NCBI GenBank assembly: GCA_963846325.1
Contig: CAWJVO010000007.1
Span: forward strand, 329,404-393,403
Source of the DNA: an uncultured bacterium
GTDB taxonomy: Bacteria > Krumholzibacteriota > Krumholzibacteriia > Krumholzibacteriales > Krumholzibacteriaceae
Length of the DNA stretch: 64,000 nucleotides
Reading direction: 5' to 3'
In this document: positions 29,894-39,493 of the stretch, piece after piece
Position numbering within the stretch: position 1 is the stretch's first letter
How the letters are laid out: every line of letters starts with the position of its first letter
Made by a program: the position numbers and the translations under genes
The notes under the pieces: generated by a model
What the model was told of the DNA's origin: nothing
What the model saw: the letters and a program-made list of their open reading frames with translations, nothing else
The model's database searches: none

Positions 29894-30742
29894 ATGTCTA
29901 GAAGTGCGCTGATCTTCCTGGTGCCGCTCATCTTCTCGACCTGCGGAAGATCGGGCCAGAATACGATTCAGGTCAAGGGCTCGGATACGATGGTCAATCT
30001 CGGGCAGTCCTGGGCCGAGAAATACATGGAGGAAAATCCAGGCGAATTCGTCGCGGTCACGGGCGGCGGGTCGGGCACCGGATTCTCAAGCCTCGTCAGC
30101 GGCACATGCGATTGCGCGATGAGCTCGAGAAACATCAAGAACAAGGAGATCGTCCTGGCGAACAAGCGCGGCGTCAACCCGCACGAGATCGTCGTGGCGC
30201 TGGACGGCCTCGCCGTGGTGGTGAATCCGGAAAACCCCGTCGACAGGCTGACCATGGACCAGCTGGCGGGCATCTTCTCCGGCAAGCTCTCCAACTGGAA
30301 GGAAGTCGGCGGCGCGGACGAACGGATCGTCGTCCTGTCCCGCGAAGTGAATTCGGGCACACACGTCTATTTCAAAGAGCATGTCTTGCGGAAAAACGAC
30401 AAGAAAAGCAAGGAAGAGTTCTCGCCGGGCGCGCTGATGCTCTCCTCCTCCCAGGCGATCGCCGACGAGGTGGCGGGAAATTCCGCCGCCATCGGCTACT
30501 ACGGCATGGGGTATATCTCCGACCGGCACAAGCCCGTGTCGATAGCGAAAGACGCGGGATCCCCCTTCGTCGCGCCCACGATAGAGAACGTCATCGACGG
30601 CGCGTATCCGATCTCGCGCCCCCTTCTCATGTATACGAACGGCCCGCCCCAGGGCCTGATAAAGAAGTTTCTGGATTTCGCGCTCTCGGCTGAAGGTCAG
30701 GACATCGTTCGAGCCACCGATTTCGTGCCGGTCAGAAAATAG
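29894..30742 (+). CDS. pstS: phosphate ABC transporter substrate-binding lipoprotein PstS
   Basis: 282 aa with a lipoprotein-like N-terminus (LIFSTC). Conserved blocks GSDTMVNL, GGGSGTGF and NSGTHVYF. It is the first gene of the pst operon. Confidence 0.9.
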   Translation: MSRSALIFLVPLIFSTCGRSGQNTIQVKGSDTMVNLGQSWAEKYMEENPGEFVAVTGGGSGTGFSSLVSGTCDCAMSSRNIKNKEIVLANKRGVNPHEIVVALDGLAVVVNPENPVDRLTMDQLAGIFSGKLSNWKEVGGADERIVVLSREVNSGTHVYFKEHVLRKNDKKSKEEFSPGALMLSSSQAIADEVAGNSAAIGYYGMGYISDRHKPVSIAKDAGSPFVAPTIENVIDGAYPISRPLLMYTNGPPQGLIKKFLDFALSAEGQDIVRATDFVPVRK

Positions 30743-30747
30743 CGTCT

Positions 30748-31611
30748 ATGCGTAAAGTGCGGGAATTCATAATCGAGAAGCTCGTGCTCCTCTGCGGGCT
30801 CGCCTCGATATTTTTCGTCGTTCTGATCTTCCTGTTCCTGCTGCGGGAGGGGCTCGCCGTCTTCACGACGATCAGTCCCTCGGCGTTCCTCGCGGGCAGG
30901 AGCTGGTATCCGATCTCGGAACCGCCTCTGCTGGGAATACTCCCCCTGATCCTCGGCTCGCTCGTCGTGACGCTCGGCGCCGCCCTCATCTCGATTCCCA
31001 TCGGCGTCGGATGCGCGATCTACATCGCCGAGATCGCTCCGAAGCGGATCAAGGAGATCCTCAAGGCGGGGATCGAGCTGCTCGCGGCCATACCGAGCGT
31101 CGTCCTCGGATTCATCGGAATGGTCACGCTCGTTCCTCTCGTCAAGACGGTGTTCCACCTGCCGACGGGGCTCACCGCGCTCTCCGGATCGATCATGCTC
31201 GCGTTCATGGCGATGCCCACCATCGTTTCGATAGCCGAGGACGCCCTGTACTCGATACCGAAGTCGTACAAGGAAGGGGCGCTCGCGATGGGCGCGACGC
31301 ACTGGCAGGCGATTTGGCGCGTGATGCTGCGGGCCGCCTCGAGCGGCATACTCGCCGCGATCATGCTCGGGATCGGCAGGGTGATCGGCGAAACGATGGC
31401 CGTGATGATGATCACGGGCAACGCCGCGGTGATGCCGCACAGCCTCTTCGTGCCGGTGCGGACGCTGACCGCGACGATCGCGGCGGAAATGGGAGAAGCG
31501 GTGATCGGGAGCGAGCATTATTTCGCGCTCTTCGCGATCGGCATCGTGCTGTTCGTGATCAGCTTCGCGATCAACGTGACGGCTGACCTGTTCCTGCACA
31601 AGAGGCAATGA
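30748..31611 (+). CDS. pstC: phosphate ABC transporter permease PstC
   Basis: 287 aa with 6 TM helices. [16 protein letters not shown] and the EAA-like loop fit PstC. Confidence 0.9.
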   Translation: MRKVREFIIEKLVLLCGLASIFFVVLIFLFLLREGLAVFTTISPSAFLAGRSWYPISEPPLLGILPLILGSLVVTLGAALISIPIGVGCAIYIAEIAPKRIKEILKAGIELLAAIPSVVLGFIGMVTLVPLVKTVFHLPTGLTALSGSIMLAFMAMPTIVSIAEDALYSIPKSYKEGALAMGATHWQAIWRVMLRAASSGILAAIMLGIGRVIGETMAVMMITGNAAVMPHSLFVPVRTLTATIAAEMGEAVIGSEHYFALFAIGIVLFVISFAINVTADLFLHKRQ

Positions 31612-32459
31612 CGATGAATCCGTACCGGACGCAGCGAATCGCTTTCTTTCTACTGTTCATGGCGAACGCCCTCATTCTGCTGCTCGTCGGGTTCGTCGTC
31701 GCGGTCATCGTTCAGAAGGGGCTTCCGGCGATCACGTGGCAGTTCCTCTCGGATATTCCGCGCCAGGGGATGCGCGCGGGGGGCATCTTTCCCGCGATCG
31801 TCGGAACGCTGTATCTCGTGGCGGGCGCGATCGTCTTCGCTCTTCCGCTCGGACTCCTCGCCGCCATCTACCTGAGCGAGTACGCGAAGGACAATCTCCT
31901 CACGCGGCTCATCAAGCTTTCCATCGTGAACCTCGCCGGCGTGCCCTCGGTCGTGTACGGGCTTTTCGGATTGGCCCTCTTCGTCGTCTTTTTCAAGTTT
32001 GGCGTCTCGATTCTCTCGGGCTCCCTCACCCTCGGCATCATGATCCTGCCGTTGATCATCACGGCGTCGCGCGAGGCGCTCGAGAGCGTCCCGCAGTCGT
32101 TCCGCGAGGTGAGCCTGTCTCTCGGCGCGAGCAAATGGCAGACGATACGGCATATCGTGCTCCCGAACGCGATCCCCGGGATACTGACGGGAACGATCCT
32201 GGGCCTCGGGAGAGCCGCCGGCGAAACGGCGCCGATTCTCTTCACGGTCGCCGCCTTCTATCTGCCGCAGCTTCCCGGTTCGATTTTCGATCAGGCGATG
32301 GCGCTGCCGTATCACCTCTACGTCATATCGACCCAGGTTCCGAACGTCGACGAGAAGATTCGCTACGGAACGGCGTTCGTTCTGCTCGCCCTCGTGCTGT
32401 TCATGAACCTGATCGCGATAATCATTCGATACAAGTTCAGGATGAAGAAAAAATGGTAA
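31608..32459 (+). CDS. pstA: phosphate ABC transporter permease PstA
   Basis: 283 aa with a 4-nt overlap with pstC. Conserved blocks [24 protein letters not shown] and [25 protein letters not shown]. Confidence 0.9.
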   Translation: MTMNPYRTQRIAFFLLFMANALILLLVGFVVAVIVQKGLPAITWQFLSDIPRQGMRAGGIFPAIVGTLYLVAGAIVFALPLGLLAAIYLSEYAKDNLLTRLIKLSIVNLAGVPSVVYGLFGLALFVVFFKFGVSILSGSLTLGIMILPLIITASREALESVPQSFREVSLSLGASKWQTIRHIVLPNAIPGILTGTILGLGRAAGETAPILFTVAAFYLPQLPGSIFDQAMALPYHLYVISTQVPNVDEKIRYGTAFVLLALVLFMNLIAIIIRYKFRMKKKW

Positions 32460-33199
32460 TATTCACCATCGAAGGTCTCGACATCCGGTTCGGCTCAGTG
32501 CACGCGGTGCGGAGCGTGAGCATGGAGGTCTTCGCCCACGAGATACTGACCGTGATCGGGCCGTCGGGCAGCGGCAAGACGACGTTTCTGCGGATGCTGA
32601 ACCGCATGAACGACCTGCAGCTGAATTTCAGGATGAGCGGAACGGTGGCGCTCGAAGGCGAGGACATCAGGAAGATGGACGTCGAAGTGCTGCGCAGGAA
32701 GGTGGGCACCGTGTTCGCGCTGCCGCTCCCGCTCCCCCTCTCGATATTCGACAACGTGGCGTACGGGCCCCGGATGCACGGCCTGCGAAACAGGAACAAG
32801 CTCTCGACCCGGGTGGAAGAATCGCTGCAGGCCGCGTATCTCTGGGACGAGGTCAAGGACCGGCTCCACGAGTCCGCGTTCAAGCTGTCCGGCGGCCAGC
32901 AGCAGCGCCTGTGCATCGCCCGGACCCTGGCGGTCGAGCCCGAGGTGATTCTCTTCGACGAGCCCTGCTCGGGGCTCGATCCCATTTCGACCGCGAAGGT
33001 GGAAGACGCCATGATCAAGCTCAAGCAGCGGTATACCCTGATCCTGGTGACGAACAACGTCAAACAGGCCGCGCGCGTGGGGGATCGGACCGCGTTCTTC
33101 CTGAACGGCGAGATGATCGAGATAGACAAGACCGACAAGGTATTCACCGCGCCGAGGGACGGCCGGACGGAAGACTATATCCGCGGAAGGTTCGGATGA
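32453..33199 (+). CDS. pstB: phosphate ABC transporter ATP-binding protein PstB, paralogue 1 (degenerate Q-loop and H-loop)
   Basis: Internal ATG of ORF 31736..33199. Walker [10 protein letters not shown], signature LSGGQQQR and Walker [12 protein letters not shown] are intact. The Q-loop reads VGTVFALP (Q to A) and the H-loop [13 protein letters not shown] (H to N). Confidence 0.88.
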   Translation: MVIFTIEGLDIRFGSVHAVRSVSMEVFAHEILTVIGPSGSGKTTFLRMLNRMNDLQLNFRMSGTVALEGEDIRKMDVEVLRRKVGTVFALPLPLPLSIFDNVAYGPRMHGLRNRNKLSTRVEESLQAAYLWDEVKDRLHESAFKLSGGQQQRLCIARTLAVEPEVILFDEPCSGLDPISTAKVEDAMIKLKQRYTLILVTNNVKQAARVGDRTAFFLNGEMIEIDKTDKVFTAPRDGRTEDYIRGRFG

Positions 33200-33954
33200 C
33201 GAACAAGATCGTCACGAAGCGCCTCGATCTCTGGTACAGCGACTTTCACGCGCTCAAGGACGTGAACGCGGCTTTCGCGGCGAACCGGATCACCGCGATC
33301 ATCGGCCCGTCGGGGTGCGGCAAGTCGACGCTGCTGCGCGTCTTCAACCGGATGAACGATTTGATCGACGGCGTCCGCACCGGAGGGGAGGCGCTCATCG
33401 ACGACGTCGACATCCTCGCTCCGGACACCGACCTCGTCGCCCTGCGCAAGAAGGTGGGAATGGTCTTTCAGCGGCCCAACCCGTTCCCGCTCTCCATTTA
33501 CGAGAATATCGTCTTCGGCGTGAGAATCCGCGGCACGCGAACCTCGCGGGACGAGCTGGACTCGATCGTCGAGGCCAGCCTCCGGGGCGTGCTCCTCTGG
33601 GACGACTTGAAGGACCGGCTGCGCTCGTCCGCGCTCCGGCTCTCCCTCGAGCAGCAGCAGCGGCTCTGCATCGCGAGGCTCCTCGCCGTGAAGCCGGACG
33701 TGCTGCTCATGGACGAGCCCTGCTCGGCCCTGGATCCCCAGGCGACGGCCCGCATCGAGGAACTGATGCGCGAGCTGAAGCACAACTACACGATCGTCAT
33801 CGTCACTCACAATATGCAGCAGGCCGCGCGCGTTTCCGACGACACGGGCTTCATGCTGCTCGGCGAGCTCATCGAGTTCAACCGGACGGAGGAGCTCTTC
33901 GCCTCGCCGAGGGACAAGCGCACGGAAGACTACATCACGGGAAGATACGGCTAG
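33196..33954 (+). CDS. pstB: phosphate ABC transporter ATP-binding protein PstB, paralogue 2 (degenerate signature motif)
   Basis: ATGA overlap with paralogue 1. Walker [11 protein letters not shown]-loop VGMVFQRP, Walker [12 protein letters not shown] and H-loop [11 protein letters not shown] are canonical. The signature motif reads LSLEQQQR instead of LSGGQ. Confidence 0.9.
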   Translation: MTNKIVTKRLDLWYSDFHALKDVNAAFAANRITAIIGPSGCGKSTLLRVFNRMNDLIDGVRTGGEALIDDVDILAPDTDLVALRKKVGMVFQRPNPFPLSIYENIVFGVRIRGTRTSRDELDSIVEASLRGVLLWDDLKDRLRSSALRLSLEQQQRLCIARLLAVKPDVLLMDEPCSALDPQATARIEELMRELKHNYTIVIVTHNMQQAARVSDDTGFMLLGELIEFNRTEELFASPRDKRTEDYITGRYG

Positions 33955-33962
33955 GAGGATCC

Positions 33963-34640
33963 ATGGAACGTCATTTCGACGTCGAGCTCGACGAGCTGAA
34001 GAAACGCATCATCGAAATGGGAACGCTCGCCGAAGAGGCCGTCTACAAATCGATCGAATCGCTCAAGTCCCGGAACGCGGATCTCGCGCAAAGCGTCATC
34101 GAGAACGACCGCAACATCGACAGGCTGGAGCTCCTCGTCGACGAGAAATGCGTCGACCTGATCGCCCGCTATCAGCCCATGGCGAAGGATCTCCGGTTCA
34201 TCACGACGGGGATGAAGATAAACGCCGAGCTGGAGCGGATCGCCGACCTCGCCGTCGACGTGGCCGAGCGGACGCTCGATCTCGTGGACAAACCGCTCCT
34301 GAAGCCGCTGGTGGACATACCGAAGCTGACCGTCGTGGCCCAGAACATGATCAATTGGGCGATCGAATCCTTCATGAAGGGGGATATCGAGCTGGCCAGG
34401 AAGGTCGTCCTCTCGGACCCCGAGGCGAACAGCCTCAGGGACGCGATCCAGAGCGAGCTCATCAACGACTACATGGTGAAGGACGGCTCCACGGCTCCGC
34501 GGGCCGTGTCGCTCCTCCTCATCGCGCGCTTCCTCGAGCGCGTCTGCGACCATACGGCGAATATCGCGGAGAACGTGATCTATATGGTGCAGGCCGAGGT
34601 CGTGAGGCATCACCCCGAGAAGCTCACGGACGGCTCATAG
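33963..34640 (+). CDS. phoU: phosphate signalling regulator PhoU
   Basis: Internal ATG of ORF 33315..34640 with an AGGAGGA RBS; 225 aa. Two PhoU repeats (E..VD..., AKDLRFITTGMKINAELERIADLA; ARFLERVCDHTANIAENVIY). Confidence 0.9.
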   Translation: MERHFDVELDELKKRIIEMGTLAEEAVYKSIESLKSRNADLAQSVIENDRNIDRLELLVDEKCVDLIARYQPMAKDLRFITTGMKINAELERIADLAVDVAERTLDLVDKPLLKPLVDIPKLTVVAQNMINWAIESFMKGDIELARKVVLSDPEANSLRDAIQSELINDYMVKDGSTAPRAVSLLLIARFLERVCDHTANIAENVIYMVQAEVVRHHPEKLTDGS

Positions 34641-35907
34641 GCACGTTCGCCGCGGCGAGGCGCGCCGTCGAAAAGGCCGCCTGAAGATTGTAGCCGCCGG
34701 TGTTCCCGTCGATATCGAGCATCTCTCCGCAGAAGTAGAGTCCCTTCACATTCTTCGATTCCATCGTGCGCGGATCGACCTCCTTCAAGTCGATTCCGCC
34801 CCGCGTGACGATCGCCTCGGCGATGGGCCTCGATCGTTTCACCGTCAGCCGGAAATCGGCGAGCTGCTCCGCGAGCCGCTTTCTCTCGGCGCTCGTGACC
34901 TGCCCGCACCGCTTCTCGCCGGATATTCCTCCCGCCTTCAGGAGCACCGGGACGAGCGCCTTCGGCGCGAGGCCTTTCATGACCGCGGCTACCTGCTTTC
35001 CGCCGGAGCCGGCGAGCTCGCCGATAAGAAGCTCGTCCAGGCCGGCCGTGTCGAGCGCCGGCTTCAGATCGATGGAAAGGGCGACCGTTTCCTCCCGGTC
35101 GAGATATTCGACGACGATCCCGCTGAGCGAGAGAATGACGGGGCCGGAGACGCCGTAATGGGTGAAGATCAGATCGCCGATTTCCGAAGCGATCTTCTTC
35201 CGGCCGCTCATCACGGAAACGCCGACACCGGTCAGGGATACTCCCTGCAGATCCTTCACGAACGATTCCGTCGTTTCGAGGGGAACGAGCGCGGGGCGCG
35301 GCGGGACGATCGTGTGGCCGAGCGCGTGCGCCATTGCGTAGCCGTCTCCCGTCGAGCCTGTGGCTGGATACGAGAGCCCGCCCGTCGCGAGAATCACGTT
35401 CTTCGTCTCGATCATCGTTCCGGGGCCTTCGATCGCGACGCCGGCTATCGTTCCCGACGCGGGATCGACGACGATTCTCTCCGCGCGCGAGCTCATCCTG
35501 ACGGCGGCTCCGTGCCTCTTCATGTATCGCGCGAGCGCCCCGATAACGCTTTCCGCCTTGCCGCTCGCCGGAAAAATCCTCCCGCCCTTCTCCTCTTTCG
35601 TCGCCACGCCCAGGCCATCGAAAAAATCGATCAGGTCGCGGTTCGAAAACTCGGCGAAGGCCCGATACAGGAACTTCCCGTTCGCGCCGAAACCGCGTAT
35701 GAAATCATCCCTCTCGTCGGTGTTGGTCAGGTTGCACCGGCCGTCCCCCGTGATGCCGAGCTTCCTCCCGAGACGCGCGTTCCGCTCGAGGAGAAGGACG
35801 CGGAGTCCCCTCTCGGCGGCGCTTCCCGCCGCGAGCATGCCCGAGGCCCCGCCGCCGATCACGACGACGTCGAATATTTCGTTCGAGCCGGTTTTCCCGC
35901 TATCCAT
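34624..35907 (-). CDS. HI0933/BaiN-like NAD(P)/FAD-dependent oxidoreductase
   Basis: 427 aa. DVVVIGGGASGMLAAG is the dinucleotide motif. GDGRCNLTN and the C-terminal FCGEMLDIDGNTGGYNLQ are typical of this family. It converges on phoU with a 17-nt overlap. Confidence 0.85.
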   Translation of the reverse strand: MDSGKTGSNEIFDVVVIGGGASGMLAAGSAAERGLRVLLLERNARLGRKLGITGDGRCNLTNTDERDDFIRGFGANGKFLYRAFAEFSNRDLIDFFDGLGVATKEEKGGRIFPASGKAESVIGALARYMKRHGAAVRMSSRAERIVVDPASGTIAGVAIEGPGTMIETKNVILATGGLSYPATGSTGDGYAMAHALGHTIVPPRPALVPLETTESFVKDLQGVSLTGVGVSVMSGRKKIASEIGDLIFTHYGVSGPVILSLSGIVVEYLDREETVALSIDLKPALDTAGLDELLIGELAGSGGKQVAAVMKGLAPKALVPVLLKAGGISGEKRCGQVTSAERKRLAEQLADFRLTVKRSRPIAEAIVTRGGIDLKEVDPRTMESKNVKGLYFCGEMLDIDGNTGGYNLQAAFSTARLAAANVPMSRP

Positions 35908-35920
35908 TCGATGGCTCCAT

Positions 35921-36346
35921 CTACTTGGCCGTCAAGAGCACGATACCGCCCGTCGTGAGAAGCATGCCCGTCAGCTCCCGCGCCCCGAGCGTCTCGCCGC
36001 CGAGCCACACCCCCATGATCACTCCGAAGAGCGGAGAGGTGAAGGCGATGGGCATGACGCGCCCGAGCGGCGCCCCCTTGAGCGCCGCGTAGAAGCACAG
36101 CATCCCGACGGCTCCCGCGAGCACGCCTCCCCCGAGCGCCATCATCACGAGAGGCTTCGCGCCGGCCTGCGGAAGCGTCTTCCACTGCGGAAGGCTCACG
36201 GCGCCGAGGATCGCGAGCGCCATGGCCGTGCGCAGCGTGCTGCCCATCTGGGCGGAGAGGTTCCCCATCTGAAGGCCCTTCTTCTCGAAATATCCTCCGA
36301 TGCCCCATGCCGCGGCGGCCACGAGCGCGAGAAGCTGCGGTTTCAT
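35921..36346 (-). CDS. single-EamA-domain (DMT superfamily) small membrane transporter
   Basis: Internal ATG of ORF 35921..36514. 141 aa with 4-5 TM helices and a Gly/Ala-rich EamA-like pattern. Confidence 0.65.
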   Translation of the reverse strand: MKPQLLALVAAAAWGIGGYFEKKGLQMGNLSAQMGSTLRTAMALAILGAVSLPQWKTLPQAGAKPLVMMALGGGVLAGAVGMLCFYAALKGAPLGRVMPIAFTSPLFGVIMGVWLGGETLGARELTGMLLTTGGIVLLTAK

Positions 36347-36501
36347 GCTCGCTCCTTTGAAATCGGTTTTCGTGCGGCGCGCGATTGCCCGCTTTTCGAA
36401 GCAGCATACCACACAAGAGGAGGTCTTGACATGCCTTCGAAATTCCTTTAGAAAAGGGGAGTTCGCTGTGCCGCCGGCCAGGATTCGAAAGGAGCGTTTG
36501 C

Positions 36502-37839
36502 GTGAGCCGCACAAGCCCGCGCGGGACCGGAAATATCGTCCGGCACGCGTTGAGCGTCATCGCTCTGCTCTGCATCGTATCCGGCGCCGTTATCGCGGAG
36601 GACAAGGCCCCGAACGCATTCGACTGGGGATATCGCCTCCGCCTTCGCCAGGAATACGGCGCCAACCTCACCGATTTTTCGAACGCCCTCGCCGACGACA
36701 ACAACTACGTTCGCGTGCGATCGCAGCTCTGGGGCTCGTGGGCGCCGGACGCGCGCTGGAAATTCTACGCGATGCTCAACAACGAGCACCGGCACTGGTA
36801 CAAATCGAACAAGGGGCTCGAGAACCAGCCGTTCGAGATCCACGAGCTTATCGTCGAGAATCTCTACGTCGAGGGGAAGAATCTCGGCGGCTCACGCTTC
36901 GGCTTCGTCGCCGGGCGGCAGAACCTTTCCTACGGCGAGGGCTTCATCTGCTGGGACGGCGGGCCGCTCGACGGCTCGCGCACCGGATACTTCAACGCGC
37001 TGCTCCTCACCGCCTCGTTCGGCAAGCGCCGCGTGGACGCGCACTTCATTTCCGATCCCGAGCGGGACGACTATCTGCCCATCCTCAACGATCAGAAGCA
37101 ATCGATGATCGAATGGGACGAAACGGGCGCCGGGCTCTACTACACGGACGAGTCGTTCGAGGGCCGCAAGCTCGAAGCGTACTATTTCTACAAGAACGAG
37201 AAAGACGAGGACGGCGCGTATCCCGAAAGCGACATCCATACGATCGGCGCGCGCGCGTCGGGCAAGGGCTTCGGGCGGCTCACCTTCGCCGCCGAGGGGG
37301 CGGTGCAGGCCGGCGACCGCGGCGCGCAGGATCGTCTCGGGTACGGCGGCTACCTGTACGGAAAATACGCCCTGCCGTTCGATCGCGTGCCGACGGCGTT
37401 CGGCCTGGGAGCCTTCTATCTTTCCGGCGACGATCCCGAGAGCCCGGATACCTACGAAGGATGGGATCCGGTCTATTCCCGCTGGCCGAAATGGAGCGAC
37501 CTCTATATCTATTCTCTCGCGAAGGAGCGCGGCGCGGCATACTGGGAGAACTTCGCTTCGCTGTGGTTCGGTCTCGAGATCAAGCCGCTCGCGCGCGTCA
37601 CGCTCGAGGAGCGGATCTATCCGATGTGGGCGCCCGAGCCGCCTCCTCCGGGCGCCGGCGCATCGATATTCGGCGCGGGGAGCTACCGCGGGACGCTGTC
37701 GCTCATGAAGCTCTCCGGAACGTTGAATACATATCTTTCCGCGTACGTTCTCTGGGAAGCGCTCCTGCCGGGGGATTATTACTCCTCGGGGAGCGATACG
37801 GCTCATTTCCTGCGCTGGGAGATCATGTTCAAGTACTAG
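36502..37839 (+). CDS. alginate-export-like outer-membrane porin
   Basis: 445 aa, GTG start, signal peptide ending IAEDKA. YRLRLRQEY... and repeated aromatic-terminated strands, ending FLRWEIMFKY. The family call is from memory of PF13372-type proteins. Confidence 0.65.
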   Translation: MSRTSPRGTGNIVRHALSVIALLCIVSGAVIAEDKAPNAFDWGYRLRLRQEYGANLTDFSNALADDNNYVRVRSQLWGSWAPDARWKFYAMLNNEHRHWYKSNKGLENQPFEIHELIVENLYVEGKNLGGSRFGFVAGRQNLSYGEGFICWDGGPLDGSRTGYFNALLLTASFGKRRVDAHFISDPERDDYLPILNDQKQSMIEWDETGAGLYYTDESFEGRKLEAYYFYKNEKDEDGAYPESDIHTIGARASGKGFGRLTFAAEGAVQAGDRGAQDRLGYGGYLYGKYALPFDRVPTAFGLGAFYLSGDDPESPDTYEGWDPVYSRWPKWSDLYIYSLAKERGAAYWENFASLWFGLEIKPLARVTLEERIYPMWAPEPPPPGAGASIFGAGSYRGTLSLMKLSGTLNTYLSAYVLWEALLPGDYYSSGSDTAHFLRWEIMFKY

Positions 37840-37896
37840 CGGGCCCCGCATGGCGGGCTCGGACGCCCCGCGGCCCGCGTCGAAAGGCGTCGAATC

Positions 37897-38013
37897 ATGG
37901 GACCGTTCAACTTTCCGTGGATGACCTTCATGGCGTTCGTCGTGACCGGCGCGAGCGTCGTCGCCGCGCTCGTCTGGGCGCTTCGCGGCCGCGAAAGCGA
38001 CCGGCGGCCGTAG
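37897..38013 (+). CDS. 38-aa single-TM micro-protein, putative symporter accessory subunit
   Basis: Below the ORF-track cutoff. ATG 37897 gives MGPFNFPWMTFMAFVVTGASVVAALVWALRGRESDRRP, with the stop at 38011-38013. That is 21 nt before the symporter start and its GAAGGGGA...GGGGGA RBS. Confidence 0.5.
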   Translation: MGPFNFPWMTFMAFVVTGASVVAALVWALRGRESDRRP

Positions 38014-38034
38014 AAGGGGAACAAGGGGGAAACC

Positions 38035-39456
38035 GTGACGCTGCTGCAGGCCTGCATCGCCGTTCTGTTCCTGTATGTCGCGATCCTGATGGGGGTCGGC
38101 CTCTGGAGCTCCCGCAGGACGCAATCGGCCTCCGACTTCATCCTCGGGGGCCGCACGATCGGGCCGTGGGTCACGGCGCTTTCGTATATCGCCGTCTATT
38201 TCAGCTCGGTGCTCATTATCGGCGGCGGCGCATTCGGGTACAAGTTCGGCATGGCGACGATCTGGATCGGCGCGATCAACGTGCTCGTCGGATGCCTCCT
38301 CTGCTGGATCGTCCTCGGCAAGCGCGTGCGCGAGATGACCGAGCGTTTCGGCGTGAGGACGCTTTCGGGATTCTTCGCGCGGCGCTTCAACTCCCCCGCG
38401 GCGGGCATCTACTCGGCCGCCGTCGTCTTCCTCTTTCTCATCATCTACAACGTGAGCGTCGTGAAAGGGATGGCGAACTCGTTCGAGGTGCTCATGAATC
38501 TCCCCTACTGGGGGGGTGTGCTCATCTCGGGGCTCGTGATCATCTTCTACGTCGTGCTCGGCGGCTACATGGCCGTCGTCTGGACGAGCTTCATCCAGGC
38601 GTGGGTGATGATCTTCGCGCTCCTCCTTCTCTTGTTCAAGACCATCGGCGCGGTCGGCGGTCTCGGCGCGGGGATGCAGAAGCTCGCCGCGATCGGGCCG
38701 CAGTACGTGCATACGCCGGGCGTTTGGGGCTGGGCCGGGCTCTTCAGCTTCGCGCTCGTCGTGAGCCTCGGCGTCTGGGGCATGCCGCAGATGATCATCC
38801 GTTTCTACAGCATCAAGGATACGAAGACGCTCCGGCTCGGCACCGTGATCGTGACGCTCGGCGCGACGATCGCCATCATCCCCTACCTCGTCGGCGCGCT
38901 CACCCGGGTGCTCATCCCCGGCCTCGAGAATCCCGATCTCGCGATCCCGAAGCTCGTGGCGATGGTGCTCTCGCCGTGGCAGGCCGCGCTGCTGCTCGCG
39001 GGAGTCGTCGCGGCGGGCATGTCGACCTTCGCCGGCGTTCTCATCATCATGTCGAGCTCGCTCATCACCGATATCTACGAGCACGGCCTCAAGCGCAAGC
39101 TGACCGGCTCGAAAGAGGTCTTCGCGAACCGCGTCGTGAGCGCGGCCGTCGGGCTCGTATCGCTCGTGATCGCGCTCAAGCCGCCGGCGCTCATCCTCGT
39201 CCTCACCGGCTTCGCGTGGGCCGTCATCGCGAGCACCACCTTCTGGCCGCTCATCTTCGGTCTCTACTGGAAGGGCGCGAGCAAGGCGGGCGTCGTCGCG
39301 TCGATGATCGCGGGCTCTCTCACCGCGATTCTATGGACATGGGCCAAGAAGCCCTTCGGCATCGACGGCTTCATCGCGGGCTCGCTCGCGAGCCTCGCGG
39401 CGCTTCTCGTCCTCACGGCGGCGGCGCGGCGGACGCCGCGTCCCCGCCGGACCTGA
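38035..39456 (+). CDS. sodium:solute symporter (SSS) family transporter
   Basis: 473 aa with ~13 TM helices. DFILGGRTIGPWVTALSYIAVYFSS and GGYMAVVWTSFIQ are typical SSS blocks. Confidence 0.88.
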   Translation: MTLLQACIAVLFLYVAILMGVGLWSSRRTQSASDFILGGRTIGPWVTALSYIAVYFSSVLIIGGGAFGYKFGMATIWIGAINVLVGCLLCWIVLGKRVREMTERFGVRTLSGFFARRFNSPAAGIYSAAVVFLFLIIYNVSVVKGMANSFEVLMNLPYWGGVLISGLVIIFYVVLGGYMAVVWTSFIQAWVMIFALLLLLFKTIGAVGGLGAGMQKLAAIGPQYVHTPGVWGWAGLFSFALVVSLGVWGMPQMIIRFYSIKDTKTLRLGTVIVTLGATIAIIPYLVGALTRVLIPGLENPDLAIPKLVAMVLSPWQAALLLAGVVAAGMSTFAGVLIIMSSSLITDIYEHGLKRKLTGSKEVFANRVVSAAVGLVSLVIALKPPALILVLTGFAWAVIASTTFWPLIFGLYWKGASKAGVVASMIAGSLTAILWTWAKKPFGIDGFIAGSLASLAALLVLTAAARRTPRPRRT

Positions 39457-39493
39457 TCGTCCGATCCGAATTTCGTCACAGGAGGTCATTGGC

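Noticed and set aside
36481-36540. Apparent 1-nt offset between my reading of printed sequence line 36481-36540 and three ORF-track translations covering it (extra leading a, missing trailing c)
   Set aside because: It is confined to one printed line and self-compensating, and coordinates before and after agree with the track. I treat it as a formatting or reading artefact. I used ORF-track coordinates for genes there.
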